A stretch of 62,071 nt of DNA, filler included, from Stramenopiles sp. TOSAG23-6 (lineage: Eukaryota): NCBI GenBank assembly GCA_900128565.1. It is 3 parts of 3 records of this genome, joined end to end, with 100 filler letters (N's around TTAATTAATTAA, not from the genome) between each part and the next. Parts side by side here need not be neighbours in the genome. Positions count along the whole stretch, not along the records: positions 20,777 to 41,398 come from LT636035.1; 2 more parts are not named here. One strand, written 5' to 3'. The notes below the pieces were generated by a model, which was not told the DNA's origin, ran no database searches, and saw nothing but the letters and a program-made list of their open reading frames with translations. Of the stretch, positions 23,801-37,800 are shown one piece after another; within the stretch, counting starts at the first letter, position 1; every line of letters begins with the position of its first letter. Position numbers and translations under genes: made by a program.

Positions 23801-25775
23801 CCATTCTGTGTGCCAACTGATGAACTTCCATGGCAGTGGCAAAAACTTCAATTAAAGCTACATAAAATAAAACAAGTTGAAGGGAATGAAAGATTCAACG
23901 AGCAGAGAGAAGATATCAAAGACGAATTGCGCTCATGTGCTATATTATTAATTCAAAGGATCTATTGGAGAGGCGAAGAAGGTACTGTCATGGAATTAGC
24001 ACCATTAACACATAAGGAGAGAATACGAAAAAAAGAAATGTTAAATGTTCTCCGAGGAACACACCAAGGTTTTAGAGTGAGCAATTTGCTTTTTCGCCGT
24101 GGTGACGTTGTAGAGAAGCAAGATTCATATTCTAATAGACTACGCAGTAAAATTGCAGCCGCAGCTACAACCAATAAAGGTGCATCTACATCAACGACAA
24201 TGTCTAGACTATTTAAAAGGAAACAAGTCACGAATCACAGCAAAAATACTCTTTTATTTTGGGCAACTTCGAATAAGAAGGGTCATGGTATGCTTTCGTT
24301 TTATGAAGATGTTATGTCACGACTTTTAAACAATCGTGGTGGTGTATGGCAACGCTCAAATGAACTAACTCCTAATGTACATGTATGTTTTTTTTTTTTT
24401 TTGTATGAATTTATTTTTCATACGAAATTTTGTACCTAACAAATTTAAATATTTTTTTTTGCAATATTTTTCCAAAATACATGTAGTGTTTGGAGGATGG
24501 GGGGGTAAAGGAATTCCTCTCTATGGAGATCAGTATGATGACGGATTTACCGCCAACGGAATTATCTCAGTAGGATCTGAAGTCTTTTCACACAAACATT
24601 CTTGGCCTTTATCTTGTTTCTCTGGACCAAATGACCCATGGAAATCAATGACTGGAAATGAGATCAAAGCATTTTGTGATGCTAGTGAAGGCGAGTTTCA
24701 AGGGCAAATACCAAATACTGTTCATGGTAAAACGTGTATGTTATTAAATTTTCAGCCATGGAACTGTCTAAAATATATATGTGATAAAGCTTTAATGGCA
24801 AAAACCCTAAAAGCGTATGCAAAACGAGATGGTATCAATATTAATTCATTGATTCCAAAAACTTTTATTTTTGATCTAAACAAATCACGAGGCGCATCTA
24901 ACAGTGATCTTAAACGAAACGTAGATAGATTTATTAAAACATACCGTGCTATAGAAAAGGATAACATTTTCAGAAGAAGATCTGGTATGAGTGCACTTGC
25001 ACAAAGTAGTCGTAATGTTTGGATATGTAAACCATCTGATGGATCACAAGGACAGAAAATCATTGTTACAGATGAAATTGCTAGAGTAATTTCTATAGGA
25101 GAATCTTTAAGACCAAATGGTCGAGGATGGATTGTTCAGAAATATATGGAAGATCCCTTGACTGTATCTGGTGGGCGTAAATTTGATATTCGAGTATGGG
25201 TACTTTTGACAAGTGACTTCCGAGTTTGTATATATAGAGAAGGTGTGTTGCGAACATCTGCAGTGTCATTTAGTTTAGACAATCTTTACGATAGATTTGT
25301 ACATTTGAGCAATCACTGTATTGCGAAGGAACACCCTGAGTATGGAAAATTTGAACCTACGAATGAATTATGGTTTTCTGAATTTGATGAGTATCTAGTA
25401 TCGAAATATGGCAAAGAGTACGGTTTCTGGACTTGTATATATCCACAAATCCGTACTCTTGTAGCACATACAGCACGAGCTCTTCGAAAAAAAATGGAAG
25501 CCCCGAAAGATGCATTTTTCAGACCCTTTCAATTGCTTGGCTTTGACTTTATGGTTAGTGCCGCGCCGGATCTTTGTGTTACTTTAATTGAAGTTAATTC
25601 ATCTCCTGCCGTTGCCGACGATCTTCGAAATGTCATGGCTGAAGACTTTTTACGTGTTGCAATCGATGAGGTATTTCCCAGTTCTCGAAATAATGCCAAC
25701 TCTTCATCGAGCCCATCAGGACCTATTCCTGGATTACCCGACGATCAAAAAGGTTTTGATGTGANTCAGNTGTNA
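20832..25775 (+). CDS. Tubulin-tyrosine-ligase-family protein with long basic, repetitive N-terminus; 5'-partial; exons 20832-24382 and 24483-~25775
   Basis: WICKP…SQG, IVQKYMEDPL, RKFDIRVWVL, HLSN, FQLLGFDFMV and LIEVNSSP motifs. The probable stop is the ambiguous TNA codon at 25773-25775. Confidence 0.85.
21017..21455 (+). repeat. Coding repeats: KNEFGAKQSKTKDS x3 (42 bp) and ETRSVVTKSTFNKPL x~4
   Basis: Visible in both DNA and protein. Confidence 0.8.
22471..22576 (+). repeat. Coding repeat SFQHRPSTA x4 (~27 bp)
   Basis: Visible in both DNA and protein. Confidence 0.75.
24383..24482 (+). mobile_element. Introner-like GT-AT intron (100 nt, phase 0)
   Basis: AT|GTATGTTTT…CATACGAAATTTTGTACCTAAC…TCCAAAATACAT|GTA; joins PNVH|VVFGG. 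Confidence 0.85.
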
Positions 25776-25882
25776 AAAANTTGTAGCTNAAAATTTATTT
25801 TGATTCAAAAATATATAAAACTACTTTTCATTATTACCCTTCTACTAATGCAGTATTATCAAGCAAAGGACCACATACCCAC

Positions 25883-28800
25883 TTACATCCCTTCACATCT
25901 ATTTTGCTCACACAAATTCTTCGTTTTATGGAAACTTAGACAAGGAATTAAAACTTCTCGTCGAAGTGGCAACTCAGAAGCAAATTCCAATCCTCTTGCT
26001 TCTGTCGATCCATCAAGTACATTTGTTAATTCTTTGTTCCAACAACCAACACTCTTTGGAAAGGTTCTTTTTTGTACTGGATTATAACTGCTGCAAAGGT
26101 TAGTACCCATTGCAGATTGATCCCATTCATATCCTTTTGGAATAGCAGACCAATTACCAATTTGATCTTCACATTTTGATGATATGCGAACTTTTACATT
26201 GCAATACAGAAACCCTGAATGATCCACACCAGTTTCATCTTTAATTGATGCTGTCCATACTCTAGGAACTTCATCTGTATTTACATCGGCGTCATGATCC
26301 CAATTACCAGTACATGCAACCTCAGATAATTTCGTTTTATCAGAACATTTACCTTTAAATCTTTTTTCTCTAACTTCGAAGTCACGCTCATCTCCAGTTG
26401 GGCAAATATCAAATCGCACAGTTCGTTTCTGGTCATCCAGCAACAATGGCATATCTTGTGTACCAAAGGTAGTCATAATTTTACTTTCTAAACTCAAACC
26501 CGTGGTATCATAATCCCCATATTTACTACGATTTTCAGGTGGAATCAAGTCTAAGACCAGCTCCAAATCGTCCGCGTATGGTGTCTCATTTATCAAATCG
26601 AGATAAAAACTCGCACAATCACCAGTTGTAGCACCATTGCCTCGCTCCACATTGCGAGCTTTTTTGCTAACCGTTGGGCCAGTTAAGTCTAAGTTATTTA
26701 GACCTGGCTGAAATTGAACATCAAATTGCTCTCGAGGATCAGTTCCTGCTTCATGTGGACACATAGACCGACCAGCCTTTGTTCTAAAGACCGGAGTCCC
26801 ATAAACTTTATCACGTAATACTTCGACGTCAAAATAATCACCGATAGAACTATCACTGAGAGTAAATTCAACAGCACGCTCTTCTACACGGGTGTTATCC
26901 TGAGAATTATCGATAATATTCTGCCACTCGTCATACCACTCACCATTAGACTCAACATTAATTACAAATATATTCCAATACCCTGATGCATATGAATTGC
27001 TTATCTGTTTCTCTGTGTGTTCAAAGTTGAGTACAAGGGAAGAGGATTGAGAACTTGTGTACGAATACTTTGCAGCACTTCCTCCACCAGAAAATGCGAC
27101 AAGAGATGCAGTACTTTTACCCGAGGCACCATGAATATTTCCTATACCAATTGATGACGACCCAGCAGTAGCTGGGTCCATATTGCCAATGCTGCCACCG
27201 CGGAAAGCATTTTGTTTGTCATTAACATATTTGGGAGATGAGAGAGTGTTATCATCTTGAACCATATTTTCAACTCTTTCTGATTTTGGATTAAATTTGT
27301 TAGTCACTGAGCATTTGTGTTGGTAATACGGCATTCCAGAAGCCTTTTTCTTCTTCTGTTTTGCCCACTTCAAATCTGTTTTTTTCTGGCCCTCCTCTGT
27401 AAGAATTGGTGAATTGTCTGTAACTTCAGAAGTAGTTTTATCTGCTCTGGTACCGTTACAATTTTTAGCACAATATCTCTGCCAGTAACACTTTGGTCCA
27501 GCAGCAGTGCATGTAGCTCGATCAGTATGCCCAATACATTCTCTACCACTAAACATAATATCTAAATTATAATCGCGTTCGACACCATTAATAGTTTCTT
27601 TGCCAAGTTGATTTGACAGAGTTGAACCCAACATTCCATTTGACGAATCATTAAGAGCCTTATCAGCACCGGCATAAAATCCAGGGATATCAGGGTTCGC
27701 ACTGAATCCTTGTTCACCTTGTAATAAGGAACTCGCAACAAGTGCACTTGACTGTACCGGGGTACTATTTGCTTTCAATTCTTCGTTTAGTTTCAATACA
27801 CGAATCCATCCTTTTATTGCATCTAAAGTTGCCAAAAGTCGAGCCTGAGCTTTAACAGCATCCTTTGCAGGTTTCAAAGCTGTTTTCTCTGCAGACGTGT
27901 ATGTCTTTTTCACTATATTATCACAAGAAGTATTTTTTACCGTTCCCGTTAAACCACATGTTTTATCTTTGGGACTTCCAGAACACAAAGGCAAGTTACA
28001 CCAATTTCTACCCGTCGTAGAGTCGACATGTTTATATGTTGCTAAAAGTGAATCAAAATATTTAGACGCTGGGCACTGTCGCTTTCCTTTGGAAGGATCA
28101 GGATTCCCGGAAGCATTGTTGTTGTAACAATATGTTGTATCGCCATTACCAAATGGTCCTGAATAAGCGATGCTTGTAACATGCTTGCTTAAATCTACAC
28201 CAGCAACATCAGCATAGTTACATCGAAGATCATTCCATTCTTCGAAGCAGCGAGCTTGTAATTGAGGGATTCGTGTTTTTATGACGTCATACACAGTATG
28301 AACGGTAACAGCATTCCAAGTATCATCCTTAATAGCTTGAACGGCATAATTTCGTAGTTTCAGAGAAGTCAAATTTGCACCCATTATATCTGAGTTAGCC
28401 ACTAAATCAGAATCCACATGAAAGTCATCCAGTTTTGTCTTCAAAGCTTCGTCATCACCACCATTAATGAGTGACCAAGTGCTGATTTCATTTGCTGAAT
28501 ATCCGGCGCATTGAGCATTCGGCTTTCCCACACAAGTTGCATCGCCTTTACAAAAGACATCATCATCTCGGAAGAGAATTGGTAGTGCTGTTTTTGTAAT
28601 GATGGCAAGGGAAGGAAGTACGATTAAATCTTGGAATGCGCCTCCTCCAGCCTCGGCACTCGTACTGTATTCTGCAGATGCAGTCATGTGTACTTCCATC
28701 GTACTTTGCATTTGCCTGAAGGCATCACTTGCCAAACCACCATTATTGTCATCCAGATTTCTATATCCACCAACCATTCTTGTATCAACCACATTAATCT

Positions 28801-31800
28801 CCATGCCAGCAAGCATACCAATACCACCAAAACCACCGGCAACTGGTTCAGCGTCACCCGCAATTTCTTTCCGAAATGAAACAGCTGCACCAGCACCCCA
28901 GTCGGAAGTATGTCCTTTCTGACTAGCTTTAGTGAATCCAACAGTTACACCTACAGATAGTGTGGTATCTTTTCTCCAAACAGCGAAGGAATCATCTCCA
29001 GGAGGATCTCGAATAATAGTAAATGGTACATACTCGGGAAGCTTGATGGATTGATTACGAGTGAGATCAACCTCACCCTCAACAACAATATCTGCTGTCC
29101 AAGTCTTTGTCGTCAAATTTCTGACTGCTTTTGCAGATGGTAGATCGTCTTTTGAAGGGGTGAATGTGTACTCTAATTGTTTGGTGAATGGATCATATCT
29201 CTCAGGAGAAGAAAGTTGATCAAAGTATAATTGATAAAAAGTTCCTTCGAGAGTCTCACCAGATATATCACATAATGCAGGCTTTGTTACCACGCCGGCT
29301 TCTTCTGGTGTTGTACCCACTACTCCACAAGCATGCGTTAATATATTCTCTGCAGTACAGCCAGTAGATTTTGTACATTTAGTGCGAATATATCCAGCAT
29401 TTTTTGGTTGACCATCGCTGCCATATACTAGAATAGAACTGCTCACAACAAAACGAGAATCCTTCGAATACGCTAGATTGTCGTTTGTGTCAATCTTACC
29501 TGGTACATATAAAAGTTTTGGTAAATCTCCACCTGGAAGATCCATAACTTCACTACCATTATCACTAGTTGCATATGCTTCATGTGCAGCAATAGTTGCA
29601 ACTACTTCGTTATATGCTCTCTTTTTGACCATCGTAACACCATAGAGAGGCGATGAATCCATGCGTAAACAACTGCGTAATGAAGATGTTTCACCACTAC
29701 TGTTCAATACCAACTTCAAAGTAGCTTTCTTTCTAAACATAAAACTCATTTCTGGGTCCGTATCTTTCGCATCTACAGGAATAGCAGGAAGCTCGCGAAG
29801 ATATTTGGCTACTCCTGCCTGTCCTTTTGTAAATTGAGGTTCTCCTTGTACGTCGCCTGGTATTCCTATATCCACCTTATTAATAGCAATTGTACCCATA
29901 TTTGTAAATGTTCCTTTTGTTACAATTATAGCAACATTTGTTTTATCGTTAGGATTTTGCCGAAACACTGTACCTTCCCCAGATGTATTGACGACATTCG
30001 AAGGGATTCCAAGGCTTTCAGCATTATCTTTATCGTCAATCATCGTCACGGGTATTTTTGAAAACACGCCTGATGTAACTGAAACGACTATATCGGGTTT
30101 TGTTGAGCCACCAGTGTGATGTTCAACAAATGTTGGAACACCTGCGTCATATTCAACACCATTACTGTTAACAGTAAGTTTTCCACCGGAACTTCCAGCT
30201 ACAACTTCTTTGTCACCTGTAACCAAAAGTATTGCATCGTTATTTTCACTCGAATATTTAATCAAAATAGCACTTGCTTTGGAAGTTGCTTGTGTCACAG
30301 ATGAACCGAGTGCAAATGCAAATGGTGGATTAGAAGACGCAAGCCCCTTCACCCGGACAAGTACACCAGCGACCAAACCGGTAGCGCCACTATCTTGAGA
30401 AAATACAGTACCTTTAGGATAAGCCTGTTTTTGCAATCCACTTAAAGTAGCAGTTTTTTGGCTCACTATATCATTTTTCGAAAATGTTTTTGTACCATTA
30501 CCGAGCTTGAATAAAGTAGCAGGCCAAGATTCCATATCGTCAACAAGCACAGATATTTCATATGGCAAATCTCTTGGTAGTCTAACTGAATATTCTCGTC
30601 CGCCATGTTTTTGTGTTCGTGTATTAGCTAGAGGTATAATTCGATCACATCCACCAGCGAAACCTTGATGGGTTGTACCAGGACCAGTGAAAGTCAGTTT
30701 GAAAGATACTTTCTGTCGGATTTCGGTGTGTAGCGAAAATGTTGTAGCAAATTGTGCATTCTCTTCAGCATCGGTCATGTTAGGGCCACCATTATGCTTT
30801 ATAAAACGACCAGCTGCCAACCGAATGATTGGATGTCGACTAGCAACTTCAATAAAGATTATTTCAGAACCTGCTGATGCAACAGCGGCGCTAACACTAC
30901 CAAAGCGACCACTTCCATCACCATATTCACTACCCACACGTTTCACACGACTATTGTCATTCAAAATATCCAAACCTTTGATAATTTCTTTGCTCTCACT
31001 ATCACATTCCATGACATAATCGCTTGCCTCTTTTGGGCATCCATTTCGAATTTTTACATTCATTCCTCGAGGAATGCTTAGACCAACTTCACCTGATTTA
31101 TCGGTGACTCCACAGCCAAGGAGGGAATTATCTGCCGTAAAAGCACACATAAGAATATTTTCTACCCCGCAAGATGAAGGGCTGCTGCCTATTCCTACAT
31201 CTGGGTGTACTACCTTTACTGGCACTGTAACAACAGTTGTATCAACGATTTTCATATCGGAAAGAATTTGATGCTCAAGAATCTTAGAAATACTAGTTGG
31301 TACAGCATCCATGCCATACGTCCCTTTTTCAGACACAAAGTTGTGTTTATATGTAACAACATACTTTGAGTCGGGACTTGGAAACATAGACACACGAGTT
31401 GGCATTATATGAATCCTACGAATATTTGAATTTGCACCTGTATCACCAGGTCGGACATCTGAAAATGGAATCTCTACAGCCCCTTCTTCTCCAAGTCTGA
31501 CAGATGAATATTGACGAATTAATCCAGACCAAGCATTTATAATCTGAATATCTGATTTTTCACGTTCTGCCCTTGGTGGAGATTGTGTAGGAATAGACAT
31601 CGCAGCTTTTTCAGCATCCACAAGAAGAAGAATTGAAGCATCCGTATTTTTCTCTGAACCAAATTTGAAATTTAACCAAGGAAGAGCTGAATCGTTACCA
31701 GGTAATCGCAATTGATCTTTATCGTGCAAGGCTTGAGCAGTTTCAAGGAAGATATTAAACTCACGTTTCTGTGCACCACTAGAAGGTGGTGCAACAGGAA

Positions 31801-34800
31801 CTGCATCTAAGGATGTTTTGTCACATTTAGTAAACACACGCATACAGCTATCCCATTGACTTGGACGGAACCCTTCACAGCACTGAATTGTATCCGTGCC
31901 AGAAAGTAGATCACCATTCTTATCTAGAATTTTCTTATCAAAATAGGCAAACTTGGCCACATGAGGATCGCATTCAACCTTTTGATCCTCAATTTTCATA
32001 TCCTTTTTAATCATATCTTGGCCAAATATAAATGCACCCCGAGACTCGCCAGACATTCCACCAGCAAATTCAAAAGTCGTTTCGTCTGGACATCGAGCTT
32101 TATACTTAAAACAGAACTGTGGTGTTGCTACATCACCCACAAAAGGCGATCGATACACGTCATTTTCTGTAATCTTTTGACTCCCAGTTAATCCACATGT
32201 ATCGCGACAATGTCGTGCCATAAAATGCCATGAAGGAAGTCTCTCTACTCGGAAATGATATCCAAATCCCAGAAATCCATACTCAGATTGTACACCACCT
32301 GTTCGTATTACTTTGAATTGGGTACTTGTTCGTTCGCCTACATGAAGGAAACAACCTGGCGCCTCTGCGTACCACGCTATACCATCAGTGTGATCTAAAA
32401 TCATTTCAAAATCAGGTTTGTCAGTTTTGTAGTTGACAATTGTATCTTTTACATATTTACATGCTTTCGACAAACTATTATCTTTCTTATATGGTACTAG
32501 TGTTTTACTTGTTGCCAATGCGGTGAATGATACCATCGAGCCGCCATCGCCTAATGAATGTTGCCATGCATTTTTTGTTAATGCGGCACCCAAAACGGAT
32601 GCATTGCACTCTACTTCATTTGTTGTACACAAAACTGAATTAATCAACACACCTGATTGGGGTTGACTACCACCTTGAGACATTATAAATATTTCCATAG
32701 AACTTTTCCATCCCATTGTGATGGATGTACAAGTCCAATCTGAGGTAACAATGACAGCGTCTCCAGGAATTACACTTCTGATACAGTATTCAACCTTCAA
32801 ACCGGTGGAAAGCATTATATCTTGACCAAAATCTTGATGTGACATACCTGCTTGAATAAATGTGTTGCAAAATGTTTTATGTGCATAGGATTGAACAGGC
32901 GTTCGTTGCTTATCAAAAACTTTGTTGAAATCTGAACCAATTTGTTCATTTCTATCACGCACAAATTGATATTGAGTAGCTGCACGGCAACCTGGCTTAA
33001 AGGCAAAAGATACACCACCACCTGTCCATGTTGCTTTCAGTACTGTTGGCTGACATGTTGGGTTTGGACCATTATGATGTGTCATTCCACATACAGTACT
33101 CTTTGGCAAGGAACTCAACACAGCTTCAGCAGTAGTCATTCGTCTGCATATAGCAAGCGATTCAACTTCCACACCATATGAATCGAGAGATCTCTCTTTT
33201 CCATTCGCTTTATCAAACGCAGAAGTTGAAACAGGATCAAAGGCCCACGTGGTCACACTTTGGCTCTTTGAGACTTCCGCCAGACAAGATCCAACCATGT
33301 CTTTCGAAGTCACATAACTTGCCTTCGAATTCTTCGCTGTGATCGAATGGGCCAGAGGACTCAACCCAAAAGCTTCTCTTTCTTCTGTAGTAAGGTTCAC
33401 AAAGTTTTCGTCTGTTTGCTTCCAAGTTGCTGATGGACCGATCGCCCATTTTACACTTTGTGCTTGAACCATAAAACCATTGTTTAAAGTCACCATTGGA
33501 GGAGACAGATTTGTGGTGCCTTTCATTAGCTGTGCATATTGACGCTTGATATGGTCCAACAAAGCCTCGGAAGTTTGAGGAGGTAATAAAACATCCAAAA
33601 CAGACATTTCTGCAATAGAGGCGCCGGAAGAGAATGTTGCCGATAATGTTTTGGTAGAACTTGAAACTTTCTGATTCGTTGGTCTTGAACCACCGATATA
33701 ATCCAAACTTATTTCTTCACGGAGAGATGGTTCAACTTTGCTCAAGTAACAGCTTTTATAATTTGCTGAACGAGGGTTGCGGTCAAAGCCCCAAGCCTGA
33801 CATTTCAATTCAGAGGAACACAAAGCTTCACATTTGCAAGGAGATGACATTACAAACAATTTGTAATGTTGCCCAGAACCAACACCAGAGCCTCCAGCAG
33901 CCGCTGCGATTTTTGGACCACCCATACCACATATAGTGATTTTCCCAGCATTTGCACCGCTACCTATGATACTTGCATTATAATTTGCTTCATCACTTAC
34001 GTGATTCTTTATGAAAACTGAATATTTGTTTAAAACTGCAGTCGTGCTTTCAGACACGATAATTCCAGTAGGACATTGAACTTTTGAATTACATGGTTGA
34101 GTTGTTCCCGCACTCTGATCACACACAGCTCCACCATGCTCAGCTTTACGTAATATTGTGTACGATCTTGTTTGGGTCCCGCCAACGCAATCTTTGGAAC
34201 ATTTCGACCAATCGGACCACTGACCTACGCAATTCACTGGACATGTTTGAGTGTTGCATGCTTGTTTCTGTGGGAAATGTGTGCCACATTTTGTCCCTCC
34301 ATTTGCAGCAGGTGTAGTAATGACATAAGCTTTAGTCTGAGTTCCTCCACCACAACTCTTGGAACATGGACCATAATCTCCATATTTTCCAACACAATCA
34401 ACTTTTCTAGGTTTTATACAACACTCTTGAGATGTACAACTACTTCCTGTGCAGTACAATTCCTCTGGTTTATTGCCTAGATCTAGAAGAGGTTCTTTGC
34501 TACAATCGAATTTCTTAATTTCTCCCTCTTTAGCATCTGTGTTGTTACATGTTCTACGAGTTACTGTACAACAAAGTGATGCATTACACGGCCCAGCACC
34601 ATTGTCAGAGCATTTCATATCTTTGGCATTTTGATGTAGGGCTTTGGGGTGCTTTTCACATGAATAAGGTGTAGGTGTTCCGTCTCCATCTATGTCATTA
34701 CAAGTACGATTACCTGATGGGTCTACTGTACAACACGTGGCAGCAGTACATGTACCATTCGTACATTGAATTCTTTCAGGCTGGCCGTCGAGACTTTTTG

Positions 34801-37800
34801 GAGTAGGATCACTCTTACAATCAAATGCAACAGGTGCTTCTTTTGATGCATTAATATTAGCACACGTTTTGCGTATTGTTGTACAACATTCTGTACTTGT
34901 ACATGGATTTCCTGCACATTGTATAGCAGCAGGCGTGGCGCTTAATGCATTGTCTTGTAGAGAACAATCGAAAGGTGTCGCAAATTTAGCCCCCAGTGCG
35001 TTACGATCAGCACAAGTTCGAGCAATGGGAGTGATTGTACAACATAAAGCTGCAGTACAAGTACCATTCTGAGGGCAATTAATAGACTTAGGGTTTGCAT
35101 CGATATCCTTGGCATCACCCGAACAACTAAATGTACTCGATGAACCAGTTGCCCCTGGATCATCACATGTCCTCTGAAAGCGTGTACAACAATCGGAAGC
35201 AGTACACTTTAGAGGGTTTTCAGTACACTCAACACTCGCTGGATTCGAATCGAGAAGTTTTGGCGCTGAACAAACGAAATCAGNACCATCNGCTGAACCA
35301 TCAGCATTACGATCAGCACATGTTCGTTTTGGAGGTGCTACAGTACAACAGAGGTCTTGAGTACACTTGCTTCCACACCGAATGAACTCCGGTTTTGCGT
35401 GTAAATTCAAAGCATGTCCCGAACAATCCATTGGATGAATCTTCGAACCATTACCCTTTGGATCCAAACAAGTTTTTCGAATGACAGTACAGCATTCTGT
35501 AGCTGTACATTTGGAAGAATCCGCACACTGTTTTTCTTCAGGTTTTGCACGCAATGCTAAAGTTTCGGCGCTACAATCGAAATTATCACCATCTACGCCA
35601 TCTTTATTAGTATCCCCACATGTGAGTGGGACTTCGTCTTTTTTTTTGTTTAAAGTTCCATGATTATTATGTTGACATTTTGTACCAGTACCACATTTTG
35701 AGGACGCTGTACAGTATACAGAGCTCCAGCAACCCTTGCCTGTTGGGCAATCTGTATTTGGCGAGCCACCGTATATGTTACATAACAAACACTCATTTGT
35801 TTTAAAATCGTTTTTCTTCCAGCCACCCCATCCAGCACTTTGACACCATCCACAACTCTCACCAGGCGTGCAAATACCTGCACCTTCACTCAACCTACGA
35901 GATGTTCTTACAAGTCGTCTTCTACTTCCGGTACTACTGGAAGACGACGCACCCAAAATGCCTAATTTTGTCATACTTGGAGATAAAATCAGTGTGGATC
36001 CAGTCGCGACAACAGAATTTGTGACACGTACGTCAACACGACTAATCACTACTCCGTGTGGGATACCTACACGAAGGACTTTACCATTTAAAGCAGCTGC
36101 TCCAGCAGAACCACCACAATCGAGATTTCCATCAACTGCACGCAAAGCTTCCGTTGCATTATCTGTAATCTTATTTCCAAAATATATCGGACGACTTGCC
36201 AAATCAAGTTTGTACTCAACATCGAATTGATCCTTTGCATATGCCGAGATTTCACAAACCGAAACGTTAACGTCGATTGGGTGTAATTCCAGAAAGTTTT
36301 CCTCTAAATCCTGTAACGAATGTCTTATGAAATGAGGTGTGCGACCATTCGTCAAAGTTTCGTCGCATGCATGTATCAGAGGGGAAGATATCTTTGAAAT
36401 CCAATTGGAACGTGTACCAACATATAATTGGGCACCATCTATACTTGCCTTTTGCGATTGGCAGTTTACACTAGGACCACTAGGAATCCCTTTAACGACA
36501 ACACGCATGGGAACTACTCCTGGACTTAGATCAATTCTTATAATACCTTTCTGAATTTCGTCTGTTGTGATGCACGTGTTAGGGTCTCCGTCTACTAGTG
36601 CTGGAGAGGATGCACTACCAGCAAGTAGTGGGGATACTGCGACGGGAGCAAGCAAGGCAACATTAGGATTATTTGTAGTTATTGTAGATGGTGCAGCATA
36701 TATTTCAATCTCACATACTGACATTTTTTTACTACCGAGGAGCCACACTGAAAAACGATTCGCTCCTGCGGGCCCTGCTGGCATAGCAAATGTGTATGTT
36801 CCCCCACTTGACACTTTTCCATACTTCATTACAATCTCAGGCTCGCTGGCACTTGGAGCACAAGAATCGTCAACTTCACCAGCTGGGCATGGAATTATAT
36901 CGGTACTTTTACATTCTGAATCACTAGATGCGTAGCGAATTTGTGACCCTGACTGGCCTAGATCGGTTTTACAACAATGACTGCCGTTGCTGAATACAAA
37001 AGTTCCGTTTGGACAAACTGCCTTATATTGTACTGATTGTGTTGGATTCAATGCATATTTCGGTACTACATGTCCAAGAATGGTACCATCAAGCTCAACA
37101 GTAAACGTTGCACTTGTGTCTGGATCGGTCAATTTTGAAGTTGTACGCACAATCACCTTCGTAATCCGAACAATTCCTGGATCCAGCTCGACTTCCCAGG
37201 TACGAATTCCATTCGCTTGTGACTCTGCACATGTGCTATTTACACCATCATTACCTAATTTAGAAGAAGTTCCTGCATTGGCAGTTGATGAGAGCGATGA
37301 TGGACGATTTAAAGCAATATTAGTCTTTCCTTCTCCAATTTCTGACGAATAAATTTCAACTTCGCAAATAATTAAGGACTTTGACTTTTCGGATGCATCT
37401 GAACTTGCAATGAGTTTCAACACTGGACGCGGTCTTGTTTCACAGAGTCTTGCATCCCATTGCGATGCATTGATATCCTCTTTACCACGAGAAGCAGCAC
37501 CCGACCGAAGACATGCGGTTACTTTATCATCGCCTTCAACAGAGAAGAGTGGTTTTAATTGAGGAAACTTTGCAATTGCAATTGTCGTAAATTCACCACC
37601 AGAAGATAAAGTTGGTATAGTATACGATGGAAACGTCAAAGTAGCACCTTCATTCGACGATTCAATTGTTTTACCACCTTGACCATTATCACTCAGAGTT
37701 AAACTTTTTACAGGGGCCACTGTTGCAGTTTCTTTAGTACTAGCAATGGATGTGGAATGCCAGAGACCAGAATGTGCTGCCTGTTTACCAATACTACTAC

